In this document: positions 38,501 to 47,390 of the stretch, piece after piece
Numbering within the stretch: position 1 is the stretch's first letter
How the letters are laid out: every line of letters begins with the position of its first letter
Assembly (NCBI GenBank): GCA_037917675.1
Contig: JAVCBW010000037.1
Span: 1 to 58,172, forward strand
Length of the DNA: 58,172 bases
From: Thermoproteota archaeon
GTDB lineage: Archaea > Korarchaeota > Korarchaeia > B14-G2
Direction of reading: 5' to 3'
Made by a program: the position numbers and the translations under genes
The notes under the pieces: model-generated
What the model was told of the DNA's origin: nothing
Databases searched by the model: none
Seen by the model: only the letters and a program-made list of their open reading frames with translations

Positions 38501-39227
38501 CTAGCTCTATGATGTCAGCTGGAGACGATATCTCACCCACTGCAACAGGAGCTCTGCTTGCCTTAGCCTCCCTCATGAATGCAGCCTCCACCTCTCTGAC
38601 CTGGCTCTCATTCAGCAGGGGAGCTATGGTAGCTTCAGGGAGCTTAGCTGAAGCTGAAATGGAGGCTAGCTGAGCTAGCTTAGCTGAGGCAGCATATGTA
38701 GCCTTCACAACCGTCATGGTTGGCTTGAGAACCAGGGTATAGACTGCAGTGTGCCCGTCTACTGCTCTAGCTACAGCAAATGGGTGGCCACAGCAGTCGA
38801 GGTCTCTCCTAGAGGGGACTGCAGGGCCTATTGGATGGGTATGAGCAGATGCATCTGCCTTGCTCCAGGCTTCAAGCCTCCATGGATGCCTTCTAGCTCT
38901 CACCAGGATGAGCCTAGAGCCTTCCACTAGGACGGCTGCCTCAGCTAGCTTCCTTCCGAGCTTCCTCACCAGCCTGAAGCCAGCTTCAGCTGGGTCCAGG
39001 GAGCCAGCAGCCTCTACTGCCTCGCTTGGGCTAGCTGAGCTGAGAGCTTCAGGAAGCAAAGCTACTGATGCTATAGTGAGCTCTACCAGCTGCTTACTGA
39101 GCCTAGAGGATCTCCTGCCAAGGCTTCTCACCTGCCTACTCAGCTCTCTGATCATGAGGGAAGCGAGGCTAGTCTTCCTCCTATCTCTATACCTCTCAAG
39201 TACTAGTGTCAGCAAGACGCTCACCAC
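38481..39227 (-). CDS. Hypothetical protein with a JAMM/MPN+ motif
   Basis: HTHPIGPAVPSRRD fits H-x-H-x7-S-x2-D. Candidate upstream Glu in LAEAAVLV. Confidence 0.6.
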   Translation of the reverse strand: MVSVLLTLVLERYRDRRKTSLASLMIRELSRQVRSLGRRSSRLSKQLVELTIASVALLPEALSSASPSEAVEAAGSLDPAEAGFRLVRKLGRKLAEAAVLVEGSRLILVRARRHPWRLEAWSKADASAHTHPIGPAVPSRRDLDCCGHPFAVARAVDGHTAVYTLVLKPTMTVVKATYAASAKLAQLASISASAKLPEATIAPLLNESQVREVEAAFMREAKASRAPVAVGEISSPADIIELVSQLAR

Positions 39228-39311
39228 CTCTAGAGCAGCCTACATCTCATGCAAGCTTCTGTCTGAGCAAAGCCCCTCTAGCCCTAAGGGCCTTATGCCC
39301 ATATCAGCCTC

Positions 39312-39414
39312 CTCATCGACATTGTAGATGCTTAAAACAGTTTGGGTTGGATGGCAGCCTACAGGCTAGAGATGGATGCTGAGGAAGAGCTTAAGCCTCT
39401 CATCGACATTGTAG
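39312..39414. repeat. 16-bp exact direct repeat duplicating the 3' part of the MBL gene
   Basis: ctcatcgacattgtag at 39312-39327 and 39399-39414. Confidence 0.75.
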
Positions 39415-40271
39415 CCAGTAGGCTTCAGTATGATCGGCTTCCTGCTGTAGTCTATGTCTAGGAGGCCGAGCTTCTCTAGGAGCCTAGCTGAAGCTAGGGC
39501 TTCTCTTGAGGCTATCAGGAGCTCCAGTGGGCCTATTCGGCCTCCAGCCAGCCTTTCAACAGCCTCCTTGAGCGTAGCCTTCGGCCTACATGCCTCTAGC
39601 AGCCTACTCAGCCTCCTAGAGTACTTCCTTATGAGCTCTAGCCCTCTCCTCCTGGCATCTGCTATCGGAGAGCCATGGCCAGGGTATGCTCTCACAGCTG
39701 GAGCTGAGGCTAAAGACTTCAGGTGGGCCTCTAGGTCTATGAAAGATGGTGTCCTGTCTGCTAGCATGAGGTCTCCTACTATCAGCCCCTCTTCAACTAG
39801 ATATGACATGTGAGCTATGGTATGGCCTGGTGTAGCAAGAGGCTCAGCTGGCAGGCCTCTAGCTCCCTCAGCTGTCTCAATGTAGCTGTCAGGAACCCTA
39901 AGATTCCTGTATCTATTATAGGCTCTCTTAACAAGCCACTCTACTACTGATGGAGGGAGGTCAGCTGCCTCAGCTACAGGCTTTAAGCCGACTTCAATCA
40001 TCAAGCTTGTGTCTAAGAGCATTTCTATCTCAGCTCTCCCAGCTACAACTACTGCTCTAGTAGCCTCCCAGATCTCCTGTAGTGCAGCTGAGTGATCCCA
40101 GTGGTGGTGTGTGAGCATCACATAGCTTATGGAGGGTAGAGCACGCTCAGCCATCTTTAAGAGTAGCTTTGCGTCAGCTCCGACATCGAACAGAACACCT
40201 CTATAGAGATGTACATTGACATGAGAAACCCACTTGCTAACTGGAAGCTTAAGCACAGTTAAGGGCATCAT
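39366..40271 (-). CDS. MBL-fold metallo-hydrolase with C-terminal winged-helix-like region
   Basis: THHHWDH, TPGHT, VGD, PGHG. Confidence 0.88.
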   Translation of the reverse strand: MMPLTVLKLPVSKWVSHVNVHLYRGVLFDVGADAKLLLKMAERALPSISYVMLTHHHWDHSAALQEIWEATRAVVVAGRAEIEMLLDTSLMIEVGLKPVAEAADLPPSVVEWLVKRAYNRYRNLRVPDSYIETAEGARGLPAEPLATPGHTIAHMSYLVEEGLIVGDLMLADRTPSFIDLEAHLKSLASAPAVRAYPGHGSPIADARRRGLELIRKYSRRLSRLLEACRPKATLKEAVERLAGGRIGPLELLIASREALASARLLEKLGLLDIDYSRKPIILKPTGYNVDERLKLFLSIHL

Positions 40272-40373
40272 GAGGCTTAAGCCAGCTAGGTTATAACCTT
40301 AAGGCAGCATACATGTGGGATGCTAGCGCCTGTGCACAGCCCTTAGAGCAGCTTAAGATCGCTAGAGCTGGAG

Positions 40374-41168
40374 CTAGATCATCAGAGAGTAGAGTATGGA
40401 CTTCCTTGACGCTGGGCTATACCCTACTTCACTATATCTCTGATACTCAGCTAAAGGTGCTCTGATCTCTACTCCAATACAGTTCATCGCTGAGGCCTCA
40501 GATCTAAGCTTGAAAGCTAAGCTCAACTTGTCCTCCATACTCCCTGAGATGAAGCTTACACAGAGAGTCATGCCAGGAGCCCCAAGGTTGACTCTGATAT
40601 AGTAGCCTGCGGAAGCAGACTTCTCTTTAGCTAGGAAGCCTCCCTCAGTGAACTCAGCTAACCTCTCTTTAGTCAGCTTAAACCACTCGAAGTTGAGCTC
40701 ACATAGCTCAGGGAGGCTGCTCGGCGGCACATGAGAGAGCTTAGGCCTCTCTCCTGGAGCTGGTGGAGCTGTGAGCTTCAGGTACGTGAGTTTAGGCTTG
40801 AACCCCAGCCTCTCAACAAGCCTGACTGCAGGCATGTTCGTGCTGTGCGTTACAAGCCATGCTTCATGCATCCCAGCAGCCTTAGCCTCCTCAAGAGCTC
40901 CTCTAGTAAGCTCACTTCCTATACCCATCTCTCTGAGATCTCTTCTAACCCTTATGCCTCCAAGCCAAGCTACACCATCCCTCCTCAGCTTAGCGTAGAC
41001 TACTCCAGCTATAGTGCCATCTACCTCAGCTACAAGCACAGCTACCCTACTATCTTGAAGCCAGGTATCAAAGTAGTGTGGCCAGTAGTCTCCCCAGCTG
41101 AAGGTTCTGGATGTAAGCTCGAGAACCTGCCTCTTGTCGCTCATGCGAGCTGCCCTTACATGCAGCAT
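40374..41168 (-). CDS. GNAT acetyltransferase
   Basis: LGGIRVRRDLREMGIGS (motif A), NMPAVRLVERLGF. Confidence 0.88.
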   Translation of the reverse strand: MLHVRAARMSDKRQVLELTSRTFSWGDYWPHYFDTWLQDSRVAVLVAEVDGTIAGVVYAKLRRDGVAWLGGIRVRRDLREMGIGSELTRGALEEAKAAGMHEAWLVTHSTNMPAVRLVERLGFKPKLTYLKLTAPPAPGERPKLSHVPPSSLPELCELNFEWFKLTKERLAEFTEGGFLAKEKSASAGYYIRVNLGAPGMTLCVSFISGSMEDKLSLAFKLRSEASAMNCIGVEIRAPLAEYQRYSEVGYSPASRKSILYSLMI

Positions 41169-41225
41169 AGAATGCCATCAGAGCTCTCTTTAAATATCTA
41201 GCTGGCTAGGGCTCAAGGGGCTTCA

Positions 41226-42443
41226 ATGAACATTTTCCTGGTGATAGGGGTAGCAGTGTTCGCTGGGATAGTAGGAGGGAAGCTAGCTGAGAGAGCTGGC
41301 ATACCTGAGCTCATTGGGGTAGTGCTTATTGGCGTGGTGTTTGGTGAGTCTGTGCTAGGGTTCCTTCAAGCTCACATACTGGACTCACTTAGGCCGATAG
41401 TTGACTTGGCTCTAGCCTTCTTCGGGTTCTTCATTGGAGCTGAGCTCAAGCTCTCTGAGCTCAGAGAGATGGGTGGGAGTATAGTATCTATCTTGCTTTC
41501 AGAAGCCTCCTTCACATTTGCCTTGGTCTCTACTGGAGTATACCTCTATACTAGGCAGCCTCATATGGCTCTGCTCTTCGGTGCACTAGCTACCTCAACA
41601 GCTCCAGCTGCTACAGCAGATGTCCTCTGGGAGTATAGGGCTAAAGGGAAGCTGACAACCACGATAATGGCTATGGTTGGGCTCGATGATGCTGTAGCAG
41701 TACTGTTCTTCTCCCTAGCTAACTACGTGGCTATAAGGGAGCTTACTGGATCAGCAGCTGAGCTAGCAGCCTTTGCGGGCTTCTTCGCCCATGAAGTTGG
41801 GGTTGCCGTCATCCTAGGTGCTGCAGTGGGCCTCTTGCTCACTGCTGCTGTCAGATTGCTCAAGAAGACCAGAGACATATTTCTGGTTGCTATAGGCTGC
41901 GTCATAATGTGTAGTGGGCTAGCTGAGTACCTTGAGGCATCAGAGGTGCTCTCAAACATGATAGTAGGCCTAGTCTTCTCTAACCTCTGTATTAAAGCTG
42001 AGTCGTCGCTTTATGCTGTGAGAGAGCTGACCTCTCCTCTATTCACGCTATTCTTTGTGCTGATTGGAGCTAGGCTCAACGTATTCCTGCTAGCTGAGCT
42101 AGGGTTCATAGGCATCATATACCTTGGTGCTAGAGTAGCTGGGAAGACTATCGGAGCAAGCATCGGAGCATGGGCCTCTAAGGCAGCTGAGCCAGTAAGG
42201 AAGTACATTGGCCTCTGCCTATACTCTCAAGCTGGGCTGACAATAGGTTTAAGCGGCTACCTCTATCATGAGCTAAGTGAGCTAGGTGAGCTAGCAGCTA
42301 GAGTAGGCTTAAGCGTACTGAACACCATAGTAGCTACATCACTGGTGCTATTGATGTTCGGCCCACTGTGTGTTAAGTATGCTATAGTCAAGTCAGGTGA
42401 AGCTGAGGCTATAAAGAGGGAGGAGCTGGTCTTCAGCTACTAG
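41226..42443 (+). CDS. Cation:proton antiporter (CPA2/Kef-like)
   Basis: About 12 TM, GAELK, TAPAAT, GLDDA, FFVLIGA. Confidence 0.9.
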   Translation: MNIFLVIGVAVFAGIVGGKLAERAGIPELIGVVLIGVVFGESVLGFLQAHILDSLRPIVDLALAFFGFFIGAELKLSELREMGGSIVSILLSEASFTFALVSTGVYLYTRQPHMALLFGALATSTAPAATADVLWEYRAKGKLTTTIMAMVGLDDAVAVLFFSLANYVAIRELTGSAAELAAFAGFFAHEVGVAVILGAAVGLLLTAAVRLLKKTRDIFLVAIGCVIMCSGLAEYLEASEVLSNMIVGLVFSNLCIKAESSLYAVRELTSPLFTLFFVLIGARLNVFLLAELGFIGIIYLGARVAGKTIGASIGAWASKAAEPVRKYIGLCLYSQAGLTIGLSGYLYHELSELGELAARVGLSVLNTIVATSLVLLMFGPLCVKYAIVKSGEAEAIKREELVFSY

Positions 42444-42600
42444 GCGTCCTCTGGCTCTCACCCATAGCCTTGAGCCTCCTCTGCCTCTCAATCTCCTCGA
42501 TGACAGCCTTCCTCAGGTACTCTGGCCAGTTAACAGTCTTCTTGAGCTTCAGGTACTCCTCATACAGCTCCTTAGGCAGCCTAAATGACACTACAGGCAT
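42433..42600 (-). CDS. Small RHH/antitoxin-like protein (55 aa, not in ORF track)
   Basis: MPVVSFRLPKELYEEYLKLKKTVNWPEYLRKAVIEEIERQRRLKAMGESQRTPSS. TATA-like tttaaata about 35 nt upstream. Confidence 0.7.
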   Translation of the reverse strand: MPVVSFRLPKELYEEYLKLKKTVNWPEYLRKAVIEEIERQRRLKAMGESQRTPSS

Positions 42601-42714
42601 ACACCAGACACCAGTAGGATATGTAGCTCAGCATATTTAAAGCATCCTCAGCAGGTAGCATTAAAACATATTGAGCTCGATAGAGCTGGACAGATAGCTG
42701 CTAGCTCAGCTGGA

Positions 42715-43062
42715 TTAGGCACCTGGCTTCTGGCAGCAGCTATCAGCACTCTGTGAGCTCTCACTAGCCTGGATAGCCTCTAGCCTACTACAAACATCCT
42801 CAGCTTCTGCAAGAAACCCCTCTAGCTTCCTTATGAGAGAGCTAACCTGCTCCACATTAGGCTTATACCCTAGCTTGATATCACGCCTAAGCTGGTGGAG
42901 CCTGCCAGCTAGCACAACCAAGCTTACTACAGCAAGCAGAAGCCTCCTAGATGCTTCCTCTCCAGCTAGCTCTGGAGGCACTCTAGAGGCTAGTGAAGCA
43001 AGCTTTACAGCAGCCTCGTGAGCTTTAGACTCAGCCTTCCTCAAGCTCACTGTGAGCTCCAA
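42715..43062 (-). CDS. Hypothetical helical protein, paralogue of 43031-43450
   Basis: Shares GR..QL..DI..G[YF]KP..E.V..L.R with its neighbour. Confidence 0.7.
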   Translation of the reverse strand: MELTVSLRKAESKAHEAAVKLASLASRVPPELAGEEASRRLLLAVVSLVVLAGRLHQLRRDIKLGYKPNVEQVSSLIRKLEGFLAEAEDVCSRLEAIQASESSQSADSCCQKPGA

Positions 43063-43450
43063 CCCCCTGCACCCCTAGCACAAGCTTAAGAGCTCTCCAT
43101 GCACCGCTAACCCTCTCCTCAGCTCTCTCACACACCTTAAAAACCTCCCTATTCAGGCATATAACCTCTTCTCTAGAAGGCTTAAAGCCCTTAGAGATGT
43201 CTTCAGCAAGCTGATCAACTCTACCCCTATAGAATAAGAGCTCAAGGAAGTCTAGCATCAGCCTGCTCAGATGGCCTTCAAGCTCCTTAAGCTCATCTCT
43301 GGGCTTAAGCCTCGTACCTACCACATCATATGCCTCGAAAAAGGACATTATGCTAGCAATAGAGGCAGCCAAGCGGCCTCTAGCATCACTAAGCTCACTC
43401 AAACACAACACCAGTAAGCAGCTTAACCTCCACATTTTAAACATGCACAC
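43031..43450 (-). CDS. Hypothetical helical protein, paralogue of 42715-43062
   Basis: Ungapped 50-aa alignment to its neighbour, 19 identities counted by hand. Start uncertain. Confidence 0.7.
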   Translation of the reverse strand: MCMFKMWRLSCLLVLCLSELSDARGRLAASIASIMSFFEAYDVVGTRLKPRDELKELEGHLSRLMLDFLELLFYRGRVDQLAEDISKGFKPSREEVICLNREVFKVCERAEERVSGAWRALKLVLGVQGVGAHSELEEG

Positions 43451-43593
43451 CTCTCAGTGAATCCATACTTCCTGCTAGCATGCGTACAGATGTAACTCGA
43501 TTAGACAAGTCTATAGATAGCAGTATCTGGGTAACATCAGCTTCATCTAGGGTCTCTAGCTCTATTAGACGGAGGCTAGAGCTTACTGGTGGT

Positions 43594-43646
43594 CTTGACT
43601 AATTTTCTTGTCAAGTATGCAGGTGGTTTTCCGTAACATATTTAAG
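43594..43646 (+). promoter_or_regulatory. Inverted repeat cttgac-N10-gtcaag upstream of the AOR TATA-like box
   Basis: Arms at 43594-43599 and 43610-43615; atatttaag at about 43638-43646. Confidence 0.45.
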
Positions 43647-43677
43647 CTAGCCTCAGCTCTCACCGAGGGGATCTTGG

Positions 43678-45546
43678 TTGATTAGAGGAGGATACATGGG
43701 TAAGATCCTCAGAGTAAACCTCACTGACATGGAAGCCAAGATAGAGGGGCTTCCCGACGAGGACTGCCTCAGAATGTACGTTGGATGCTGGGGGCTTGGC
43801 TTAAGAATGCTTTACGACAGGCTCCCACTTGGAGTCTCTCCTCTCGACCCTGAGAATCTCTTAATCTTCATGACCGGCCCCCTGACTGGTATAGCTCACG
43901 TCCCTTGCTCAAACAACACGACCATAGCTACACTTAATGCTGATACAGGGTTCACAGCAGGTAGGTCTCACTCACATGGGTTCTTTGGTCCAAACCTGAA
44001 GTTCGCTGGCTTCGATGGGATAATAGTCGAGGGGGCAGCTGAGAAGCCTGTTTACCTGTGGATCCATGATGGTGAGGTCGAGATAAAGAGTGCAGAGAAG
44101 TTCTGGGGCAAAGACACACATGAGACAGAGGATCTCATAAAGAAGGATGTGGGAGAAGAGAAGGCTAGTGTGGCTGCGATAGGCCCTGCTGGAGAAAACT
44201 GCTGTGCTGGCGCCCTCATAGAAAACGACAAGCACCACTCCTTCTCCCACTCTGGAGTAGGAGCTGTAATGGGCTCTAAGAAGCTCAAGGCTATAGCAGT
44301 ATATGGAACCCAGAAGGTTCCAGTATACGATGAGGAGAGGCTGAAGGAGGTAACGAAGAAGTGGAGAGACAACCTCTTCAAGAGCGACGTGGCAAGGGGG
44401 CTAGCTAAGGGAGGTATACCGAGAGACGAGTACAGGTATGCAAAGAACATGTCGATAACTACAGCTAGGAACATGCTAGAGGTCAGCCCACCAGAGTGGG
44501 GCGTTGGGATGTCAAAGCACAAGATAACTCCAAAAGCATGCTTCGCCTGCCCGATAGCATGCAGCTACGAAGTCGAGATAACCTCAGGGCCTAAGAAGGG
44601 GTATGTAGCGACTCCAGCTGGAGGAGGAGAGAACCTAGAGGGAGCAGCATCCATCTCTGGAGTATATGAGAGCGGCTGGGTATTCTATCTGATAGATCTC
44701 TTTGACAGAGTAGGCTTCGAATCTAGCACACTAGGCTGCACAATAGCACTCCTGATAGAGTGCTATGAGAAGGGGCTGATCACAAAGGAAGACACAGGTG
44801 GGATAGAGCTAAGGTGGGGTGACCCAGAGCTCGTCGAGAAGCTAGTCTGGATGGCAGCTAAGAAGGAAGGGTGGCTAGGCAAGCTACTTGCTATGGGGCC
44901 TAAGAGAGCTGCTGAAATGATAGGAGGAGAGGCACCAGACATGGCAATACACATCAAGGGAGCTGGAATGAACCTCCACGACTGGAGAGCAACCTGGGGT
45001 ATAATGTTAGGACAGATAGTAGGAGGAGGCTCAGGGTGGCCTGCTCCAGCAGCAGACGCATGGGCCACTGAGCCAGACGCAGGCTTCCCAGAGTACCAGG
45101 ATCCACTAGACCCTAAGATCAAGCCTGAAGCTGTAGCCAAGACTTGGCCTAAGAAGTACTGGGACGACTGCAATGGAACATGCTGGTTCGCAACATGGGG
45201 GGTCCCAGGAAGCCTCAAGTTCACAGCAGAGGCAGTAGCAGCAGTGACAAGCTGGGACTTCACAGCAGAGGAGGCTCTGCTAGTAGGTGAGAGAGCAGTA
45301 CACCTAGAGAGAGCATTCAACATAAAGAGGGGACTGACACCAGAAGACGACCTGAAAGTGCCTAAGAGGATAGTTGAAGCCCCACCAAGCGGGAAGGCTA
45401 AGGGCAAGGCTATGGAGCCATACGTCAAGGGCATGGTAATGGAAGTCTACAGGCTAATGGGATGGGATGAGAAGACTGGGAAGCCTCTGAGAAGTACCCT
45501 CAAGAGAGTTGGGCTAGAGGATGTGGCGAGAGACATCTGGAGCTAG
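43678..45546 (+). CDS. Tungsten-dependent aldehyde:ferredoxin oxidoreductase family protein
   Basis: GKILRVNLT, GPLTG, LKFAGFDGIIVEG, IGPAGE, GAVMGSKKLKAI, CFACPIAC, MGWD...GKP. Confidence 0.93.
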   Translation: MIRGGYMGKILRVNLTDMEAKIEGLPDEDCLRMYVGCWGLGLRMLYDRLPLGVSPLDPENLLIFMTGPLTGIAHVPCSNNTTIATLNADTGFTAGRSHSHGFFGPNLKFAGFDGIIVEGAAEKPVYLWIHDGEVEIKSAEKFWGKDTHETEDLIKKDVGEEKASVAAIGPAGENCCAGALIENDKHHSFSHSGVGAVMGSKKLKAIAVYGTQKVPVYDEERLKEVTKKWRDNLFKSDVARGLAKGGIPRDEYRYAKNMSITTARNMLEVSPPEWGVGMSKHKITPKACFACPIACSYEVEITSGPKKGYVATPAGGGENLEGAASISGVYESGWVFYLIDLFDRVGFESSTLGCTIALLIECYEKGLITKEDTGGIELRWGDPELVEKLVWMAAKKEGWLGKLLAMGPKRAAEMIGGEAPDMAIHIKGAGMNLHDWRATWGIMLGQIVGGGSGWPAPAADAWATEPDAGFPEYQDPLDPKIKPEAVAKTWPKKYWDDCNGTCWFATWGVPGSLKFTAEAVAAVTSWDFTAEEALLVGERAVHLERAFNIKRGLTPEDDLKVPKRIVEAPPSGKAKGKAMEPYVKGMVMEVYRLMGWDEKTGKPLRSTLKRVGLEDVARDIWS

Positions 45547-45773
45547 ACCCCTATCTTACCCTACCCTCAATTTTTGCGTTTGACCATGAAGCATCTCGAG
45601 GCTCATGTGCCTAGTGAAACTTAGCTGGGCAAGCTGCTAGCTGGACTTCAGCAGACTGTAGAGCCAACACTATGAAGGCGCTGGGGCAGAAACACATGGT
45701 GTTGAACTCTTAGCATAAGGATGCTTTTGTAGCGTCAAAAGCTTTATATGCTGGTGCTGGTAGATGTCATAAG

Positions 45774-45924
45774 CTCTGCCCAGGATGTGGGAGAGTAGGC
45801 TTGAAAGGGTGGAGCTTCAGCAAGAAGATGCGGGGAGCACCGTTCCCCCTGAGAGCCCTCCCATGAAACCCGAGGAGGGAAGACTCTCCACCACAAACGT
45901 AACGGAAGCCACGAAGGTGGAGAG
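45774..45924 (+). other. Putative structured 5' leader or ncRNA (consecutive hairpins)
   Basis: Stems at 45774-45795, 45832-45848, 45856-45879 and 45884-45924, downstream of TATA-like tttatat near 45743. Confidence 0.35.
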
Positions 45925-45952
45925 AGCCAGAACGGGTATACTGTTAGGTGGG

Positions 45953-46897
45953 GTGTTGAGGTATAGAGTCGAGATGATAAGCTTAGATGAGAAGGATGAG
46001 CTAGTTGAAAGATTCTCCAGCAGGGTGCTCTATGAGGCTAAAGCTGACATATATGGGGTCTGTGTTAAGCTGCTCACCAGTGAGAAGTGGGTCGCTGAGA
46101 AGTGGAGTGAGAACTTCTATCATTTCAATGAGAGGAACATTAGGAGCCATGGGAGGCTCTATGTTCTGGAAGATGGCTCCATGGAAAGGAACCTAGTGCT
46201 CTACAATAGCTACTCGAATACAGCATTCCTCTTCAACTTCAGGTACTATGGGTGGATCAAGTCCATAGCACTATCTGTTGCAGGAGACATCCTAGAAGAC
46301 GACCATGGAATCTACTCAGTTCACGGAGCATGCCTAGATATAGATGGCAGGGGAGTAGCCTTGATCGCCCCCAGTGGCGTCGGGAAGACCACACATGCCT
46401 ATGGGCTGATGAGGATACCTCAAACTAGAGTTGTAGCAGACGACTTCTTCTATGTCAGGATACTACAAGATCTCCTAGCCTTCTCGACAGAAAAGAACTT
46501 CTATGTCAGAGCAGACTTGGCCTCCATATGGCCTGAGTACGCTGAGATAATGAAGCATGCTGAAGTAGACAGCGAGGGCAGAGCTGTAGTTGACATAAGA
46601 TGGGCTGTAGGTAAAGGCAGAGTAATACCCCAGACAACGCTCAGGTGGACACTAATCCTCAAGAGAGACCCCCAAGACCCCAGAGAAGCCTACATGCCAC
46701 CAACCAGGGAAGCACTAGAGTACCTGAAGAAACACAGCTACTGCAACCCACACTGGCTGGTAAGAGACCAGAGGAAAGAGAAGATAAGAGAAAAATTCTA
46801 CAGGACACTACTAGAGAAGACAAAAGTTGTGATAGTGAACACAAATACACCGCCTAAGAAGACACATGAGAATATAAAGACAGCACTAGGCATCTAA
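45953..46897 (+). CDS. HPr-kinase/PEPCK-like P-loop protein
   Basis: VHGAC..., APSGVGKTT, VVADD. Start placed at GTG 45953 after aggtgggg; the first 56 codons of the listed ORF look non-coding. Confidence 0.75.
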   Translation: MLRYRVEMISLDEKDELVERFSSRVLYEAKADIYGVCVKLLTSEKWVAEKWSENFYHFNERNIRSHGRLYVLEDGSMERNLVLYNSYSNTAFLFNFRYYGWIKSIALSVAGDILEDDHGIYSVHGACLDIDGRGVALIAPSGVGKTTHAYGLMRIPQTRVVADDFFYVRILQDLLAFSTEKNFYVRADLASIWPEYAEIMKHAEVDSEGRAVVDIRWAVGKGRVIPQTTLRWTLILKRDPQDPREAYMPPTREALEYLKKHSYCNPHWLVRDQRKEKIREKFYRTLLEKTKVVIVNTNTPPKKTHENIKTALGI

Positions 46898-46956
46898 CAG
46901 CTGCAAGCGCTGCTGTATTCCCTGCCAGCTCCACCACCTGCCCCCATCAGCTATAG

Positions 46957-47244
46957 TTAAGGCTGGAAGAGCATATCATACGCTCTTACCTCTTGTATAC
47001 CTTCTGAACGAGCTACCACTACCTTCCCTACAGGCTCAGCTCTATGCGAGTTTGAGGCAGCTTCCCTGCTAGCACAGTCAATTGCAGCTAAACGTATCCT
47101 TTAGGCTTTTCCTTAGCTAGCTTGTAAACCTTCAGCTAACTTTGCATCAAGCAGTTCTAAAGCCTCCCTGGATGCTTCAAGACCCCTTTTAGCCACCAAT
47201 CTATTATAATGTGTAGTAGTGTTGTAGATGTGTCTTGCCTCCAT
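46957..47244 (-). pseudogene. Degraded PIN/VapC-like gene
   Basis: Fragments across frames: LVAKRGLEASREALELL, AIDCAS, VVARSEGIQEVRAYDMLF. Directly downstream of the intact vapC. Confidence 0.35.
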
Positions 47245-47390
47245 CGTTAGGCTATCTACCTCTAAGGCTAGAGAGCTCCAAGCTCATAGCAGCCATGCTG
47301 CTCCTCAGAGGGTTATCCTGTTTCTCACCCACTACTTGTACTTGCTTGAAGAGGAGGGGGCTTAGCCTTTAAGGCATAAGCCATGCAGCT

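Noticed and set aside
28110-43450. One large integrated element bounded by the HTH remnant and the orphan pair
   Set aside because: No integrase, tRNA or matching att repeats seen, and the interior is ordinary metabolic and transport genes.
45830-45940. TPP riboswitch or RNase P RNA (ggggagc..ctgaga..ccc; ccagaacgggtata)
   Set aside because: The TPP P4/P5 core (UGAU...GCG) is missing, and the RNase P-like segments are far too close together. Kept only as a generic structured leader.
45785-45952. 56-aa N-terminal extension of the P-loop protein
   Set aside because: Low-complexity, non-domain-like translation. A good RBS precedes GTG 45953/TTG 45956.
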